A stretch of 64,000 bases of DNA from Spirochaetia bacterium (GCA_965203905.1 CBDBDQ010000005.1:608001-672000); one strand, 5' to 3'. Counted from the first letter of the stretch, positions 9,454 through 21,352 are shown. Numbers and translations are program-made. Notes: generated by a model not told the origin, from the sequence alone.

Positions 9454-9483
9454 ACGCTAGCGGAATCTCGGACTCCCTGTCAA
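9454..9483 (-). promoter_or_regulatory. sigma70-like promoter for NCS2 gene
   Basis: TTGACA-18-TAGCGT on minus strand. Confidence 0.5.
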
Positions 9484-9718
9484 ATTCGATTGCGACGCCC
9501 CATGCGTCGCTGGAGCCTCCGATGCCGGGCATGATCTCCATTACGCCTGAACCGATCGGGTGCGCGGCGTAGTGCCGCAGGCCCGGTACGGAGGACGGGA
9601 CTCACCTCTCTCCAGGACCTAACAACAACTCGCTTCATGAGGTTAGCGACTTCGGTTTCGTTGGCCCTGCTCGACTCGCCGCACTAAGGGCGGGTGCTCC
9701 GTTAGTATGCGGGCAAAC

Positions 9719-10141
9719 ATGGGCAACACAGACTGTACGATTTGCCGGATCGTGGCCGGCGAGCTGCCTTCCGCTCCGGTCCTGGAGGCCCCCGGGGTGG
9801 TCGCATTCATGGATCTGCGGCAGCCACAACCGGGCCACGTGCTGGTAGTGCCGCGCGCCCACTACGCACGCCTGGGCGAGCTGCCGGCCGATCTGGCGTG
9901 CGCCATGACGCGGGCGGCGTTGCGCCTGGCCGCGGCGATCTACCGCGCACTCGCACCCGCCGGCATCAACCTCACGCTGGCCGACGGCCGCGCCGCCGGG
10001 CAGGAACTCATGCACGTGCACCTGCACATCCGCCCACGCGCCCCCGGAGACGGCGTGCTCACCGTCCGTCCCTGCGACCCGTCCGGCCAAGCCGAGCTGT
10101 CCGCCCTCGCCGCCCGCATCCGCACCGGCCTGACCGAGTGA
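9719..10141 (+). CDS. HIT family protein
   Basis: CTICRI, PGHVLVVP, HVHLHI. Confidence 0.92.
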   Translation: MGNTDCTICRIVAGELPSAPVLEAPGVVAFMDLRQPQPGHVLVVPRAHYARLGELPADLACAMTRAALRLAAAIYRALAPAGINLTLADGRAAGQELMHVHLHIRPRAPGDGVLTVRPCDPSGQAELSALAARIRTGLTE

Positions 10142-10387
10142 GCGGGCAAGCGGCTGCCACGGCTCGGCACGTTTCCGCATGAGAGTCGCGCTCAGCCACT
10201 TTGACATCACGCCGCGCCGTGCCGGACCGCCGCCAGCGATGCAGTCGCCAGCGGTCGCGGAGGTCAGGCGTCGGGCTCACACTGTGTCGTCCTGAGCTGC
10301 TCAGCCGAATTCCGTTGCCGGCGCTCGGTCCAGAACACGGCGGCAACGCCGCCCGCTTACACGCAAGTGACCCTCACACCTCGCAGG

Positions 10388-12172
10388 TCACGAATCGTCA
10401 CTCCTTCGGTACCAGGCGGCCTGGGCCGTGAACATGCGGTGGTACAGGCCGCGGCGAGCGAGCAATTGCCCGTGGGTGCCGTCTTCGACGACGCGGCCGC
10501 CGTCGAGCACCAGGATACGGTCGGCCAGCCGCGCCGAGGCGAGGCGGTGGGTGACGATGATGGCCGTACGCTCGGCCGCGATCCTCATGAACCGCTCGTA
10601 CACCGCCTGCTCCTCCAGCGGGTCGATCGACGCCGTCGGTTCGTCCAGCAGGATCGTATCATGTTCGCGGAACAGCCCGCGTGCGATCGCCAGCCGCTGC
10701 CACTGCCCGAGGGAGAGGTCGCGGGTGCCGAACTCGCGCGACAGCATCACGTCCAGGCCGTCGGGGCCCTGCCACAGCTGTTCGGGGACGCCTCCTTCAC
10801 GCAACGCCCGCAGCAATCGTTCCTCGTCGTCCACCGCCGTGGTGTCGGCCAGGATCACGTTGTCGCGCAGGCTCATCTGGTAGCGCTGAAAGTTCTGGAA
10901 CACCGCCGAAGTGCCGGCCTGGATGCTGCGCCTGGTCGCCTCCCGCGTATCGACGCCGCGCCTGACCACCTGTCCGCCGGTCGGCACGTAGAGGCCCAAC
11001 AGCAACTTGGCGAGCGTGGTCTTGCCGGCCCCGTTGGCGCCCACCAGGGCGAGCGTGGTGCCGGGCGCGACTTTCAGATCGACCCCGCTCACCGCTGTCC
11101 GCTCGGTCCCCGGGTAGGTGAAAGTAACCGCCCGCGCCGTTATGCCGACCGCGGACTCGCCACCCGCACCATTCTCCATCGGCCGACCCTCATCGCGCTC
11201 GAGAAACTCGATGAAGTGCGCTGCCGTGGCACTGGCGCGATAGGACTCGCCGAACATCTCCGTTACCGCCTTGGTCATCAGCATGAACTTGCTGACCGCG
11301 TAGACCACCACCGCGAACCCGCCGACGCTGATGCTGCCCCGCGCCAGCAGCAACGCCGCCAGCACAAACGCACCGCCATAGCCGAGCACGACGAGCACGT
11401 TCAGGCCCAAGTCTATCCGAGCCATGCGCCGGTCCTCGCGCCAGCGGTGCGTGTTGAAACGGCGGATCGTGTCCCGATAGCGCTGCAGCAGGTGAGATCC
11501 AACTCCCAGAATGCGGGTCTCCTTGAAATACTCGCGATCGACCATGCACTGCTCCAGGTATTGGAACTCCCGTAGCATTGGAACCGTCTTACGTTCGAGC
11601 TGATAGTAGCGACTACCGCGCACCAAGTGGCTCACGATACGCGGGGCGAAGATCAGCGGTATCACCAACGCCAGCGGTGGAGAGAGCGTATAGAGATATA
11701 TGCCGGCAAGGGTGAAGAACACCAATTGGAAGACGGGGAATAGAAAGGACAGAAGCATTGAAACCGCACCGTATTTTCCCGCAGAAGCCAACTCCAGACG
11801 TTCGTGCGCATCAAGGGTCTCGAAGTCGATCACCTCCAACCGTCTGACCTTCTCATTCATCGTCTCGGTGAGTGCACCAACGCTCTTGCCCCAAAACAAC
11901 GTGCCGATCGGATCAGCAATCATCTCCAGCAATTCCGGGATCACAAGCACAATCCCGACAACCACAATAGCCTCAACCAGCTCATGCAAGCGCTCGGTGT
12001 CGCTGAGCCGCGAGATCACCCGTTCCAGGAGGTGAAATCCGAGTACGTTGGTCGCCATGAGGACGAGATCGACAATCACGAGTGACAGGAATACGACTGG
12101 AACCCGGCGGCCCACGATGCCCGTGATGCGGGCCAGGATGCGTAGATAGGAAGGACGGCTATTCTGCTTCAT
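10388..12172 (-). CDS. ABC exporter, fused permease + ATPase
   Basis: GANGAGKTT, LSLGQWQR, LDEPT. Confidence 0.92.
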   Translation of the reverse strand: MKQNSRPSYLRILARITGIVGRRVPVVFLSLVIVDLVLMATNVLGFHLLERVISRLSDTERLHELVEAIVVVGIVLVIPELLEMIADPIGTLFWGKSVGALTETMNEKVRRLEVIDFETLDAHERLELASAGKYGAVSMLLSFLFPVFQLVFFTLAGIYLYTLSPPLALVIPLIFAPRIVSHLVRGSRYYQLERKTVPMLREFQYLEQCMVDREYFKETRILGVGSHLLQRYRDTIRRFNTHRWREDRRMARIDLGLNVLVVLGYGGAFVLAALLLARGSISVGGFAVVVYAVSKFMLMTKAVTEMFGESYRASATAAHFIEFLERDEGRPMENGAGGESAVGITARAVTFTYPGTERTAVSGVDLKVAPGTTLALVGANGAGKTTLAKLLLGLYVPTGGQVVRRGVDTREATRRSIQAGTSAVFQNFQRYQMSLRDNVILADTTAVDDEERLLRALREGGVPEQLWQGPDGLDVMLSREFGTRDLSLGQWQRLAIARGLFREHDTILLDEPTASIDPLEEQAVYERFMRIAAERTAIIVTHRLASARLADRILVLDGGRVVEDGTHGQLLARRGLYHRMFTAQAAWYRRSDDS

Positions 12173-14024
12173 ACCAGCTCTTCTGTGCCGTAAACATCTC
12201 CGCATACATGCCATCCTGACGCATCAGATCGGTGTGCGTGCCCGACTCGCTGATCACACCCCCGTCGATCACCAGGATCTGGTCCGCAATCTTGGTCGAC
12301 CCCAGGCGATGACTGATGAACAGAGTCGTCAGCCCCACCGACACCCGGGAGTAGGATTCGTACACCTCGCTCTCCGCAAGCGGGTCCAGCGCTGCAGTTG
12401 GCTCATCGAGGATGCGTACCGGCGCCGCACTGGCCAGCGAGCGGGCCACGGCAAGCCGTTGCCACTGGCCTCCCGACACGTCCACGCCGCCAGCCAATAC
12501 CTTCCCCAGCGGCGTGTCGTAGCCGCGTGGCAAGTGCTTTACGAAGCCGTTGAGGCCGGCGAGCTCCAAGCTTGCTGCTACCGAGGAGTCGTCCTCGGTG
12601 GAGAGACCACCAAGGGCAATGTTGTCGCGCACCGTAAGCGAGTAGCGCGCATAATCCTGGAACACGACACCAAAGAGCCCATTCAGGGCATCCTGTGACC
12701 ACTCCTCGATCGGTATGTCGTTGATCACAATCCTGCCACCCGTTGGCTGATACAATCCCAGCATCAGCTTCGTAATAGTGGACTTCCCAGACCCGTTGGC
12801 ACCGACGAGCGCGTAGTGGCGCCCCGCATGAATCCGAAAACTGACCCCGTTCAGGACCGGTACCTCCGTACCCGGATACCGAAAGCTGACGCTGTCGAAC
12901 TCGATTGACTTGAAGGCGCGTTCCGAAACCCGTCGTGTTAGCGACCGGTGTGTCTCAGTCAGGGCCGCGAACCACGTCAGATCGACGAAGTACTCCCGAT
13001 GTTGGGCGAGACGAGACGTGACATCGACCAGCTCCTGGCTGATGGTGCGTTGTGCATGCAATAGTGCGGTCACCGCCGCCACGTAGAAGGCGACGTCAAT
13101 CACGCCGGCCTTCAGCGGCTGGAGAAACGCCAGCATAGCGGCGATGATGCCAACAATGATCAGTAGTGCTGCGGTCTTGGTTTGGAGCCAAGTCCGGAGG
13201 TTCCACAGCGCCTGCAATCGGATCACAGGGTCAAAGAACGCCCGCCAACGGGAATTCACGTACCTGGTATAACCAAACAAGGTGCGCTCGGAGGCCGCTT
13301 CGCGCCCCTGAAGCACCGCTTCAGACAGGTACTCGGCACGGCGCCGGCGGTGTGCAACCCGGCGCTCGAAACCGTACAGCCGGCGCCCGCTCCTCACTCC
13401 GAGGAGAACGAACGGTACCATGACCACCATCACCACCAGCACGATCCACCATTCGAGTCGGGCAAGGACGATGGCTATTCCCAACACCCGTACGGCGATG
13501 GCGACCAACGCAATGCCATCGTCGAAGGTTTGTTTCGTGGGGCCTCGCTCAGGTGCCGGCTGTGATTCCATCTGCGGGCCCGAAGCGACGCGACGCAACA
13601 GGTCAGCGGTCTTGGGATCTTCGATGTATCGATACTCCAGTTGCGCCCGTTTCTCGGTCAGGTCGGAGCGAAAGCCGTTGCGCAGCCCAATTTCGATGCG
13701 GGCGTCAGCCAGACCGCGAACGACCGTCTCCAAGACCTCCACCGCGAGTAGCGCGAGAAGGATGATCACCGGCATCGCGATCTCGGCGAACGCGAGCTGG
13801 CCGCCCGCGACATCGAGCGCGGTGGCGATGAAGCGCTCGGTGGCCAGCACCAGCAGTGGACCGGTGGCGGCGCCAGCGGCGAGGGCCACGAGGGCCCGTA
13901 CCACAGCGGCGACCGGGGCGTCCTGGAACACGATCCAGAGACCGCGCAGCAGGGTATAGCGCGACCCGTGGAGCCGCTGCCGGGAACGTGAGCGAAGACC
14001 ATGGCGTTCTTCGCCAGCACTCAC
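12159..14024 (-). CDS. ABC exporter, fused permease + ATPase
   Basis: GANGSGKST, VSGGQWQR, LDEPT. Confidence 0.92.
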   Translation of the reverse strand: MSAGEERHGLRSRSRQRLHGSRYTLLRGLWIVFQDAPVAAVVRALVALAAGAATGPLLVLATERFIATALDVAGGQLAFAEIAMPVIILLALLAVEVLETVVRGLADARIEIGLRNGFRSDLTEKRAQLEYRYIEDPKTADLLRRVASGPQMESQPAPERGPTKQTFDDGIALVAIAVRVLGIAIVLARLEWWIVLVVMVVMVPFVLLGVRSGRRLYGFERRVAHRRRRAEYLSEAVLQGREAASERTLFGYTRYVNSRWRAFFDPVIRLQALWNLRTWLQTKTAALLIIVGIIAAMLAFLQPLKAGVIDVAFYVAAVTALLHAQRTISQELVDVTSRLAQHREYFVDLTWFAALTETHRSLTRRVSERAFKSIEFDSVSFRYPGTEVPVLNGVSFRIHAGRHYALVGANGSGKSTITKLMLGLYQPTGGRIVINDIPIEEWSQDALNGLFGVVFQDYARYSLTVRDNIALGGLSTEDDSSVAASLELAGLNGFVKHLPRGYDTPLGKVLAGGVDVSGGQWQRLAVARSLASAAPVRILDEPTAALDPLAESEVYESYSRVSVGLTTLFISHRLGSTKIADQILVIDGGVISESGTHTDLMRQDGMYAEMFTAQKSWYEAE

Positions 14025-14286
14025 GGGACAGTCGTCCTGGACATGTCTCGCATCCTGAACACCTCGTAGAGGTCCGTCAATAGATAGGGGATCATTATCA
14101 AGTGGTACCCGAGCGGTTCAACGCTCGCGCTGATCGCGAAATGACGCGCGGCGAGCGGCCACGACGCACGGCGTGACTGCTCGCGTCAATCCGCCAGTGG
14201 AATACCGAGCAATCGCCATCAGATCGGACGCATAAACAGTGAGGTGAGCAATGTGTCAGGAGACAAGCCGGTCACTGCTGAGTTCA

Positions 14287-14762
14287 TCAAGTCTCAGGAG
14301 ATCCTGTGCTATTCCGCGGACTTTCCATCTGATAGTGCGTAGCGCAGTCGCCGACAATCGTGAATCCCAACCGCTGGTAGAACCTGAGACCACGCGGATT
14401 CACCTTCAGCACCTGAAGTTCACAGATTTCCGGGCGAGCCTAGCCTCATCAACAATCCGTGTCATACACGCGAAACCGATTCCACGACCCTGGTACTCAG
14501 GGAGAATAAAGAGTTGGTTAACCTTGATCACGTTCGAAGAACGAGACATTGCCAAGAAGCCGACATCTGCGTCACGCAGGCGGATGATCCGAAAGTCTTG
14601 TGCGGCAAACCGCCTGTTGTGTAGTTCTCGTTGAGAGCTGTCATCCCAGCCCCAGACATTCTCCACATACTCTTGGAATGCGGCCTTCTTTACAGAAAAA
14701 ACGAACTCGCTGTCGTTGGCATGCGCTGTACGAAATCCCAGTTCCCTCACCAGAGTCGCCAT
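14287..14762 (-). pseudogene. GNAT acetyltransferase, frameshifted near 14420
   Basis: ILPEYQGRGIG in one frame; LKVNPRGLRFYQRLGF continues in another. Confidence 0.8.
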
Positions 14763-14859
14763 CAGATCACAACATTCTAACCAGGAATGGCGCAGGAGAA
14801 ACAGATCTGGGCAAAGCTAATCGCCCAGAACTCCTGTTGGCCCGGCGTCGAAGTACCAA

Positions 14860-15190
14860 TACCGAGCCGTTGGCGGTGCGCGTTGCGCTCAGCCCTGGAT
14901 ATCGACCAGCGCCTGCCCGCAGGCCTCGATCGGGCTGTCGGCGAGCGCGAGCGTCTGTTCTCAGCCGGCGAACGGCAGAGGCTGACCCTCGCCCGCGCCA
15001 TGCTGCTCGATCGTCCGGTCCTGGTATCGGATGAAGCGACCTCGCAGCTTACCGCAAGGCCGATCAGTCCGAAACTGCTCGGGGCGCGCGAACCGGGAAC
15101 CGTGATCGTTCATCGCCCCACCGGGTCAGTCCCATCGTCGACCTGCCGCGCATCCTCGTGCTTCAGGGCGGACGCATCGCAGCGGAGGCC
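14860..15190 (+). pseudogene. ABC ATPase C-terminal fragment
   Basis: LPAGLDRAVGER..FSAGERQRLTLARA...DEATSQL with no N-terminus. Confidence 0.7.
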
Positions 15191-15253
15191 AAATCGAATT
15201 GCAGAGCCACGCTTGACTAACGCCGTATTCCCCCACTAACGTCCGGGCCCTCA

Positions 15254-15947
15254 ATGGACGTCACTGATCGCGGATTCGCTCGGCAACTGCAGGAACAGCA
15301 CGCCCGCCGTGACGACCATCTCGGCTGGTTCAAGGCGCTGTATCAGGCGGCACGAGACCGTAACGCACGCATCCCGTGGGCAGATCGGGCGCCGACCTCC
15401 CACTTGCTCACTTGGCATCGCGGGACTCGGCACGAACTGAGCAGCCACGCGTGTCTGGTCGTCGGCGGCGGTCTCGATGACGACGGGGAGTACCTCGCGG
15501 GCGCCGGCGTTACGGGCGTTGGACATCGCCCCCAGCTCTATCGAGCGGTGCCGAACCCGGTTTCCACGCTCGCGCGTGAACTATCAAGTGCGTGATCTGT
15601 TCGATCTTCCAGCCCACTGGAGCGAACGCTTCGACCTCGTAGCAGAGATCTATACCCTGCAGGTACTTCCGACCCATCTGCGCGCACCGGCGCCCGTCGC
15701 CATGGTCGCGTTGGTGGCCCTGGGGCGAACGTCGTTGCTGATTACTCGCGGCCGGGACGGCGACGAAGGCAAGTTACCCTGGCCGGTCACACTGAAGGAG
15801 CTCAGTGCTGTGGCTGGCACAGGGCTAACCCAAGCCAGATTCCGGGACTTTGTCGACCAGGAAGATCCGCCGGTACGACGGTTCAGAGTCCGCTACGAAC
15901 GAACCACGAAGCAGGTTCTTAGGCAGACTTCGGTCCGAGGGAGGTGA
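15254..15947 (+). pseudogene. class I SAM methyltransferase (TPMT-like), frameshifted
   Basis: WFKALY..IPWAD, LVVGGGLDDD, then DIAPSSI..FDLVAEIYTLQ in next frame. Confidence 0.75.
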
Positions 15948-16726
15948 TAGTGGTTGTAGACTTCGATGGTAGTCGTTATCGAGCGGCATCGGCACACCAA
16001 CAGGAGTGGGGTGCACGGCTGATCGATGAGCTCACGCTAACAGGCAACGAAGATATCCTCGACATTGGCTGCGGCGACGGTTCGCTGACAGCCAGCCTTG
16101 CAGAAGCAGTTCCGGATGGCTCTGTCGTCGGCATTGATTCGTCGGCGGGAATGATCCGCACAGCGAGTCGTTTGACTCGGCCTAATCTATCGTTCCGATT
16201 GGTCGATGTGTGCGAATCTGAGTACTCCGACGAATTCGATGTCGTATTTACGAATGCTACGCTGCATTGGATAAAGGACCATCAGAGACTGCTTACGGTT
16301 CTCCATCGTGCGCTCAAGGAGGGCGGCGTATTAAGAGCGAACTTCGCCGGCCATGGGAACTGTGAAACGCTAAGTGGAGTTGTTAGATCTCTGATGGAGA
16401 GTGAAGATTTTAGAGGCGAATTCGATGACTTCGATTGGCCGTGGTACATGCCAACAGTCAATGCGTATAGCGAACTTATGGAGGCATCACGATTTCGCAG
16501 CACCAACGTGTGGGGCGAAACCGCAGATAGATTGTTTCCGAACACGGATGCAATGCTCATGTGGATTGACAATCCCGCGATTGTTCCGTTCAAACAGCAC
16601 TTGCAAGGACCGATTGCAGAGCAGTTCCAGCAAGCGGTGAACGAACGTATGATCGTTGCAACCGCGCGTCCTGACGGACGGTGCTTCGAAATGTTCCGAA
16701 GGATCAATATCCTGGCCAGGAAGTAG
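15944..16726 (+). CDS. class I SAM methyltransferase (trans-aconitate MT-like)
   Basis: ILDIGCGDG, FDVVFTNATLHW. Confidence 0.9.
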   Translation: MIVVVDFDGSRYRAASAHQQEWGARLIDELTLTGNEDILDIGCGDGSLTASLAEAVPDGSVVGIDSSAGMIRTASRLTRPNLSFRLVDVCESEYSDEFDVVFTNATLHWIKDHQRLLTVLHRALKEGGVLRANFAGHGNCETLSGVVRSLMESEDFRGEFDDFDWPWYMPTVNAYSELMEASRFRSTNVWGETADRLFPNTDAMLMWIDNPAIVPFKQHLQGPIAEQFQQAVNERMIVATARPDGRCFEMFRRINILARK

Positions 16727-17528
16727 CACAGCCTGTGGCACTGGAGCGGTGCCGATTCCGGTCGCCGAATGTGATGGTGTTTCGGCTGAGGGAGGCTCGC
16801 CGTATGGACCGGGCGCTACCTGCGCGAGTTTGTGGCACGCCGTACGAGCGGTCCGCCGGAGGCAACCTACTTCGCCGTCGTATAGACTGACGTCCAGCAT
16901 GGATGGAAACCTGCCGACTGTGCGGTGCGCCGAGACTGCTGCAACAGGGACATCGCGGCCCTGATGAGCTGCCCCAACTGCAATCCGGGCATGTGGGAAG
17001 TCCACTTGATCCACCGATTCGAGCAACTCTGCACCGCCAATTTTGATCGTGTATCCGGCGGTCACCATCATGTGCGGGTAGCTAGTCCTAACTGGAGGTC
17101 ACGTGGCAAAGCTGCGGCCCTCTCGACAGGAACAATCCTGCACCTGCCTTGCGGACTCGCCGAGCAGCTCCAGGCTAAACGCATAATCGGGCTGCGCATT
17201 CCGGAACAATTCGCCAACCCAGAAATCCAGATCCGAGTAGCAGACACGATTACGCTTACACCTATGGATACGATATCTAGCTCTCTTCGCTCCGCGCAAA
17301 GCGCCTTCGGCGTGCACTATTGTTGTGATCAGGAACCAACTCCGTGACGTACACCCCGATACGCGTCCGCCGCAAGAGTGGCAGCAATCGTCTCAGCAGC
17401 ATGCCGTCTGGTTACCGTCATGTGTCTGTAGAACGACATTGACCTTGATCTGATCTCTCGGGTCTTGCTTAATCTGTGCCATCGCTACTCTTCTAATTGG
17501 GATTTATCTTTGATACACCGGTGCAGGA

Positions 17529-17948
17529 CTACAACAGCTTTCGAAAATAGGTAGCAGACTTTTCATAACCCAGTGCTCGGTAGAAACCGGAGGCCCGTCG
17601 CGTGGCAAGCGCAACGAGCCTCGTGGCCCGGCGAGCTGCCCACCTCTCGAACGCCGTCATCAACGAACGTCCGACCCCCTTCTTCCTGTGGGTGGAGCTC
17701 ACCACTATCTCCTCCACCCAAGCCACCCTGCCATTGGCGAAGAAGGTAGTATGCTCGAAGCCGAGACAGTAGCCGACCACTTCCTTGCTATCTACGGCCA
17801 CCAGGAGTCTGGCATGTTCATCCGTCAATACTTGTCGAAACGCCGTCGAGAACGCCAGTTTCTCTACATCAAACGAAGTAGCTAAGTCGCACGCGAGAGA
17901 AAACACTTCATCTCCGTCGTCACACGTGGCTTCTCTGATCCGTATCAT
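17529..17948 (-). CDS. GNAT acetyltransferase
   Basis: VVSSTHRKKGVGRSL, FYRALGY. Confidence 0.88.
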   Translation of the reverse strand: MIRIREATCDDGDEVFSLACDLATSFDVEKLAFSTAFRQVLTDEHARLLVAVDSKEVVGYCLGFEHTTFFANGRVAWVEEIVVSSTHRKKGVGRSLMTAFERWAARRATRLVALATRRASGFYRALGYEKSATYFRKLL

Positions 17949-18039
17949 GGCCCGGTTCTCCTTTCGCGAGTGTAGCTGGCGGGCACCGTGAGGTAGTTTC
18001 TGGGGTGCTAATACACAGTGCCTCACGTCGTCGGTGCCC

Positions 18040-18345
18040 CGTTGTATGAAGATCCGCCGTTTCCCGTTGTTGCGCAAGGTCCTCGATTTGGCGCGCTACC
18101 CCAACGGCTACGTCAAGTTCACGCCGCGGGTGGATCCCGCACCGAAATCTACCGGTTCTCCGACCTGCACGCGGTGTACGAGCGGATCTACGACGCATTC
18201 GGTCCGCAACGCCTGCTGTGGGGCAACGATTCCCCGCCCATCTTCCGCAACATCGGCTGCCGCGCAGGCCTGGACCCGTTCCGCGGCCACATGGCGTTCC
18301 GCAACGAGGAGGACAAGCAGTGGGACCGTGTACGTTGGTTCGCAA
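18040..18345 (+). pseudogene. amidohydrolase_2 C-terminal fragment
   Basis: LARYPNGYVKF and AFGPQRLLWGND in two frames. Confidence 0.6.
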
Positions 18346-18380
18346 CCCTCCCGGCGCAGATCAGATTTCGGTTCTTGCGC

Positions 18381-19103
18381 CTACGCCGACAAACGGCTGA
18401 GCAAATTGGGAAGTTCGTGGAGAGAGGCGATCTCTGCACGCGGTTCCGGGTCGACGACGCTGCGCTGTGCCCTCGACCGATTCAGCCAGATGGAGACCAT
18501 GCCCACACGGTTGGCTCCACCGATGTCCCAAGACAGCGAGTCTCCTACGTAGACACTATACGCCGGTTCGGCATCCAGGGACGCGAGGGCGTGGCCGAAG
18601 ATCGCGGGGAGAGGTTTGCCCGATCCGCAGTCGGTGGTAGTAACCGACTCAAAGTATTCGTCCAGGCTGGCCGCCGCAATCTTTGGGAGATGGGTGGCGT
18701 TTGATCCGTTAGTGATCACGCCGAGCCGATACTTCGCCCGCAGAGCCACGAGGCAGTCGCGGACATCGGCAAACACCGACGCTCGTGCCCACCGTTGTCG
18801 GACGTAGACGCTGGCCGCATGCTCTGCGGCTGGTAACCCCGCGACTGAACATTCGACGAGTGCCGAGCGCCACACTTCGCGTACGACGCTCGGCTCGTCC
18901 ATGTTCCCCCACGGCGGCGAAGGCACGTCTCGGATCGTACGCCAGACCTGCGTGGCGGCCGTGTAGTAGGCTGAGAGAAGCTCGGCGTGACCTATCCGAT
19001 TGCGTTCCGCGACCACGTGTGCAGTCGCCTTCACCGAGGATCGCCAGTCGGCGTCGTCGTCTACCAGCGTGCCGTCCACATCGAAGAAAACCGCTTCCAG
19101 CAT
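18381..19103 (-). CDS. HAD-superfamily hydrolase
   Basis: FDVDGTL, ITNG, KP, VGDSLSWDI. Confidence 0.92.
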   Translation of the reverse strand: MLEAVFFDVDGTLVDDDADWRSSVKATAHVVAERNRIGHAELLSAYYTAATQVWRTIRDVPSPPWGNMDEPSVVREVWRSALVECSVAGLPAAEHAASVYVRQRWARASVFADVRDCLVALRAKYRLGVITNGSNATHLPKIAAASLDEYFESVTTTDCGSGKPLPAIFGHALASLDAEPAYSVYVGDSLSWDIGGANRVGMVSIWLNRSRAQRSVVDPEPRAEIASLHELPNLLSRLSA

Positions 19104-19381
19104 GCACGCTCAGTATATCCCGCAACCACCGGGCCTACAGCACACATCCTGGGTCGCCGCGCCCCTTTCGCCACGACTCAAATCAGGCAGACTGATACAC
19201 TACCCGTGACTGGCTTCCAGGTGGTGTCCTACGTTATTGAGCGGGTGCCGTATGCACAGGCGGACGGCACGCCGTGCGAGTTGGTCCGCTCACCAACGGA
19301 CGGAACCCGCGGCCACTGCGTTCGTCCGCGCTTTGCGCGACGACTCTCCGCCGACAGCGCAGGCGCGGGAGTGACGAGACT

Positions 19382-20308
19382 GTGACAAGATTCATACCGA
19401 AGATCGACGATCGGGTTGGGGCATCCGAGAGGTCTCCAGACCGCGGACAGGTGATCGCCGGGGCTGCCTTGGTCGCTACAGCGGGCCTCATGTTCGCATT
19501 GGCAGGGATGGCGATCAGGATGGCCAGCGCGACACTGTCCAGCGTCGAGATTCTGTTCTGGCGCAACACCCTCAGCATGCTGATCCTGACGCCGTGGGTG
19601 GTGTTGCGTTGGCCTGAATCAGTACGAACGGCGCACGCCGGTCTCATGGTGATGCGCGGCGTGACTGTGGTCGTGTCGCTGCTCTGCTATTACTACGCGG
19701 TTACCCTTATCCCTCTGGCCGAAGCCGTTCTGCTGAATTTCAGCGCGCCGATCTTTGTACCCATTCTCGGCTTCCTGCTATTCCGCTTTCCCTTCAACCG
19801 AACCGTGCTGGTAGCCGTGACAATCGGCTTTGTGGGTGCCGCCCTCATCCTCAAGCCGGGCACGGGCTTCTTCCAGCCGACTGCTCTGATTGGGCTGGCC
19901 TCTGGGATACTCGGCGGGCTCGCCATCGTCGCGCTATGCCGCATGCCGAGAAACGAGGACGCCACCCGCATCGCCATTTACTTCGCGCTAATCGGAATCG
20001 TCATCACTGCCGGTCCGGCGCTCATGACGCCGCGCTTGCCACCTACCGAAGCGTGGCCCGCGCTCGTCATGCTGGGCGTGTTCTCGACGGCCGCCCACGT
20101 GCTATTTGCACGCGGCTGCCTGATCGCTCCTGCGGACCGAGTCAGTATCCTCAACTACACGTCAGTTTTCTTCGCCGCCTTGCTTGCATGGGTGCTGTGG
20201 GATGAACGGGTGGACTGGTTCATGGTTGCTGGCACAGCTCTCATCATCGCAGCCAGCTTCATCGCCGTGCGCGCCGGCAACCACGACAGGCGGGTCAACT
20301 CAGCGTGA
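19382..20308 (+). CDS. DMT/EamA transporter
   Basis: 10-TM pattern, LLNFSAPIFV; start uncertain. Confidence 0.88.
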   Translation: MTRFIPKIDDRVGASERSPDRGQVIAGAALVATAGLMFALAGMAIRMASATLSSVEILFWRNTLSMLILTPWVVLRWPESVRTAHAGLMVMRGVTVVVSLLCYYYAVTLIPLAEAVLLNFSAPIFVPILGFLLFRFPFNRTVLVAVTIGFVGAALILKPGTGFFQPTALIGLASGILGGLAIVALCRMPRNEDATRIAIYFALIGIVITAGPALMTPRLPPTEAWPALVMLGVFSTAAHVLFARGCLIAPADRVSILNYTSVFFAALLAWVLWDERVDWFMVAGTALIIAASFIAVRAGNHDRRVNSA

Positions 20309-20365
20309 CACGACCCGCGAACAACTCGATGTGCGTCTCTATGGCGTGAGTCGAGCCCATTTCAT

Positions 20366-21082
20366 CTAAAGAGCTTTCGGACTCATACTCGTCTCCAACC
20401 CTAAGATCTTGGGGATCTCAGTCAACGATGTCACCTCGTAGTTAGGTTGGGTGTCGGTGTCGTTCGCGACACGTTCTCTGTTGAGCCAGACTGCCGGTGC
20501 ACCGACACTCTGCGCTCCCGCCACGTCGTTATCAAGTGAGTCGCCTACATGGAGCAGCTGCACAAGTTCACACCCTGCTCGTTGGGCAGCAATCTCGAAG
20601 ATTCTCGGATCCGGCTTCTTAATCTGTACGTCCTGGGAAAGGACAACAAACGCAACCCATTCTGCAAGACCGCAGTGCTTTGGATAAGTATTTCCATTTT
20701 AGAGTAACCCCAACCGGAAATGCGGCACTAACATATCAAAGGTTGGTAGCACATCGGAATACAACTCTATGTCTTCAAAACGGTGTTTCAGATAAATTGC
20801 ACTCAGATGCGCGGCAAGGTCTCCATCTGGGCATCCAACATGTTCAAGTGTCCGCTCAAACGCCCGTCTCCGGATTTCTTCCAGGTTCCAGATTTTGCCT
20901 TCTACCCCTTCAGCAAATTGATTCCGAATTGCAATCATCTTATCTACCGTAAGTTCTAAAGTACGCGGGGTTCGAACACATCTCTGCAACTCCAGCAGTG
21001 CGTGCTTGAGCGAATGGCGCATAACCCTCCGAAAATCCCACAAGGTCATATCCGCATCAAAAGAGACAGCCGAAATGTTCAA
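20366..21082 (-). pseudogene. HAD hydrolase, frameshifted near 20700
   Basis: FDADMTL N-part; NGN...KPDPRIF...VGDSLDND C-part in another frame. Confidence 0.8.
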
Positions 21083-21352
21083 GTAACTCTCCTCACCTCA
21101 CCCGCATTACGAATTCTTCCGCGACTCCTTGGCACTGTAGCCGGTATACGACGTCTTGTCCACGTGGTAGCAGTCCTGCTCGCGCTGCAGACCATCTCGA
21201 TGGCGATGGGCAGGCAGCGCTTGATCGCCGGGGTCACCCTACACTTGCGCCAAGGCGCTTACACACAACGGCCCATCGGCACGGACTGAACTTCATCTCC
21301 TCCTGGGGGCTGGCACGTTCGGAGTCGTCGGAAGCGAGGCGGGCGGGCCGCG

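Noticed and set aside
14770-14785. GTTAGAA as an attC core site before the GNAT gene
   Set aside because: Better explained as a TAGAAT -10 box; no matching inverse core or attC hairpin found
16730-17500. Short ORFs in low-GC stretch
   Set aside because: No recognisable motifs; probably degraded gene fragments
19245-19270. GTGCCGTATGC...ACGGCAC hairpin as another intron DV
   Set aside because: Lacks the AGC/CGC triad context and a following DVI
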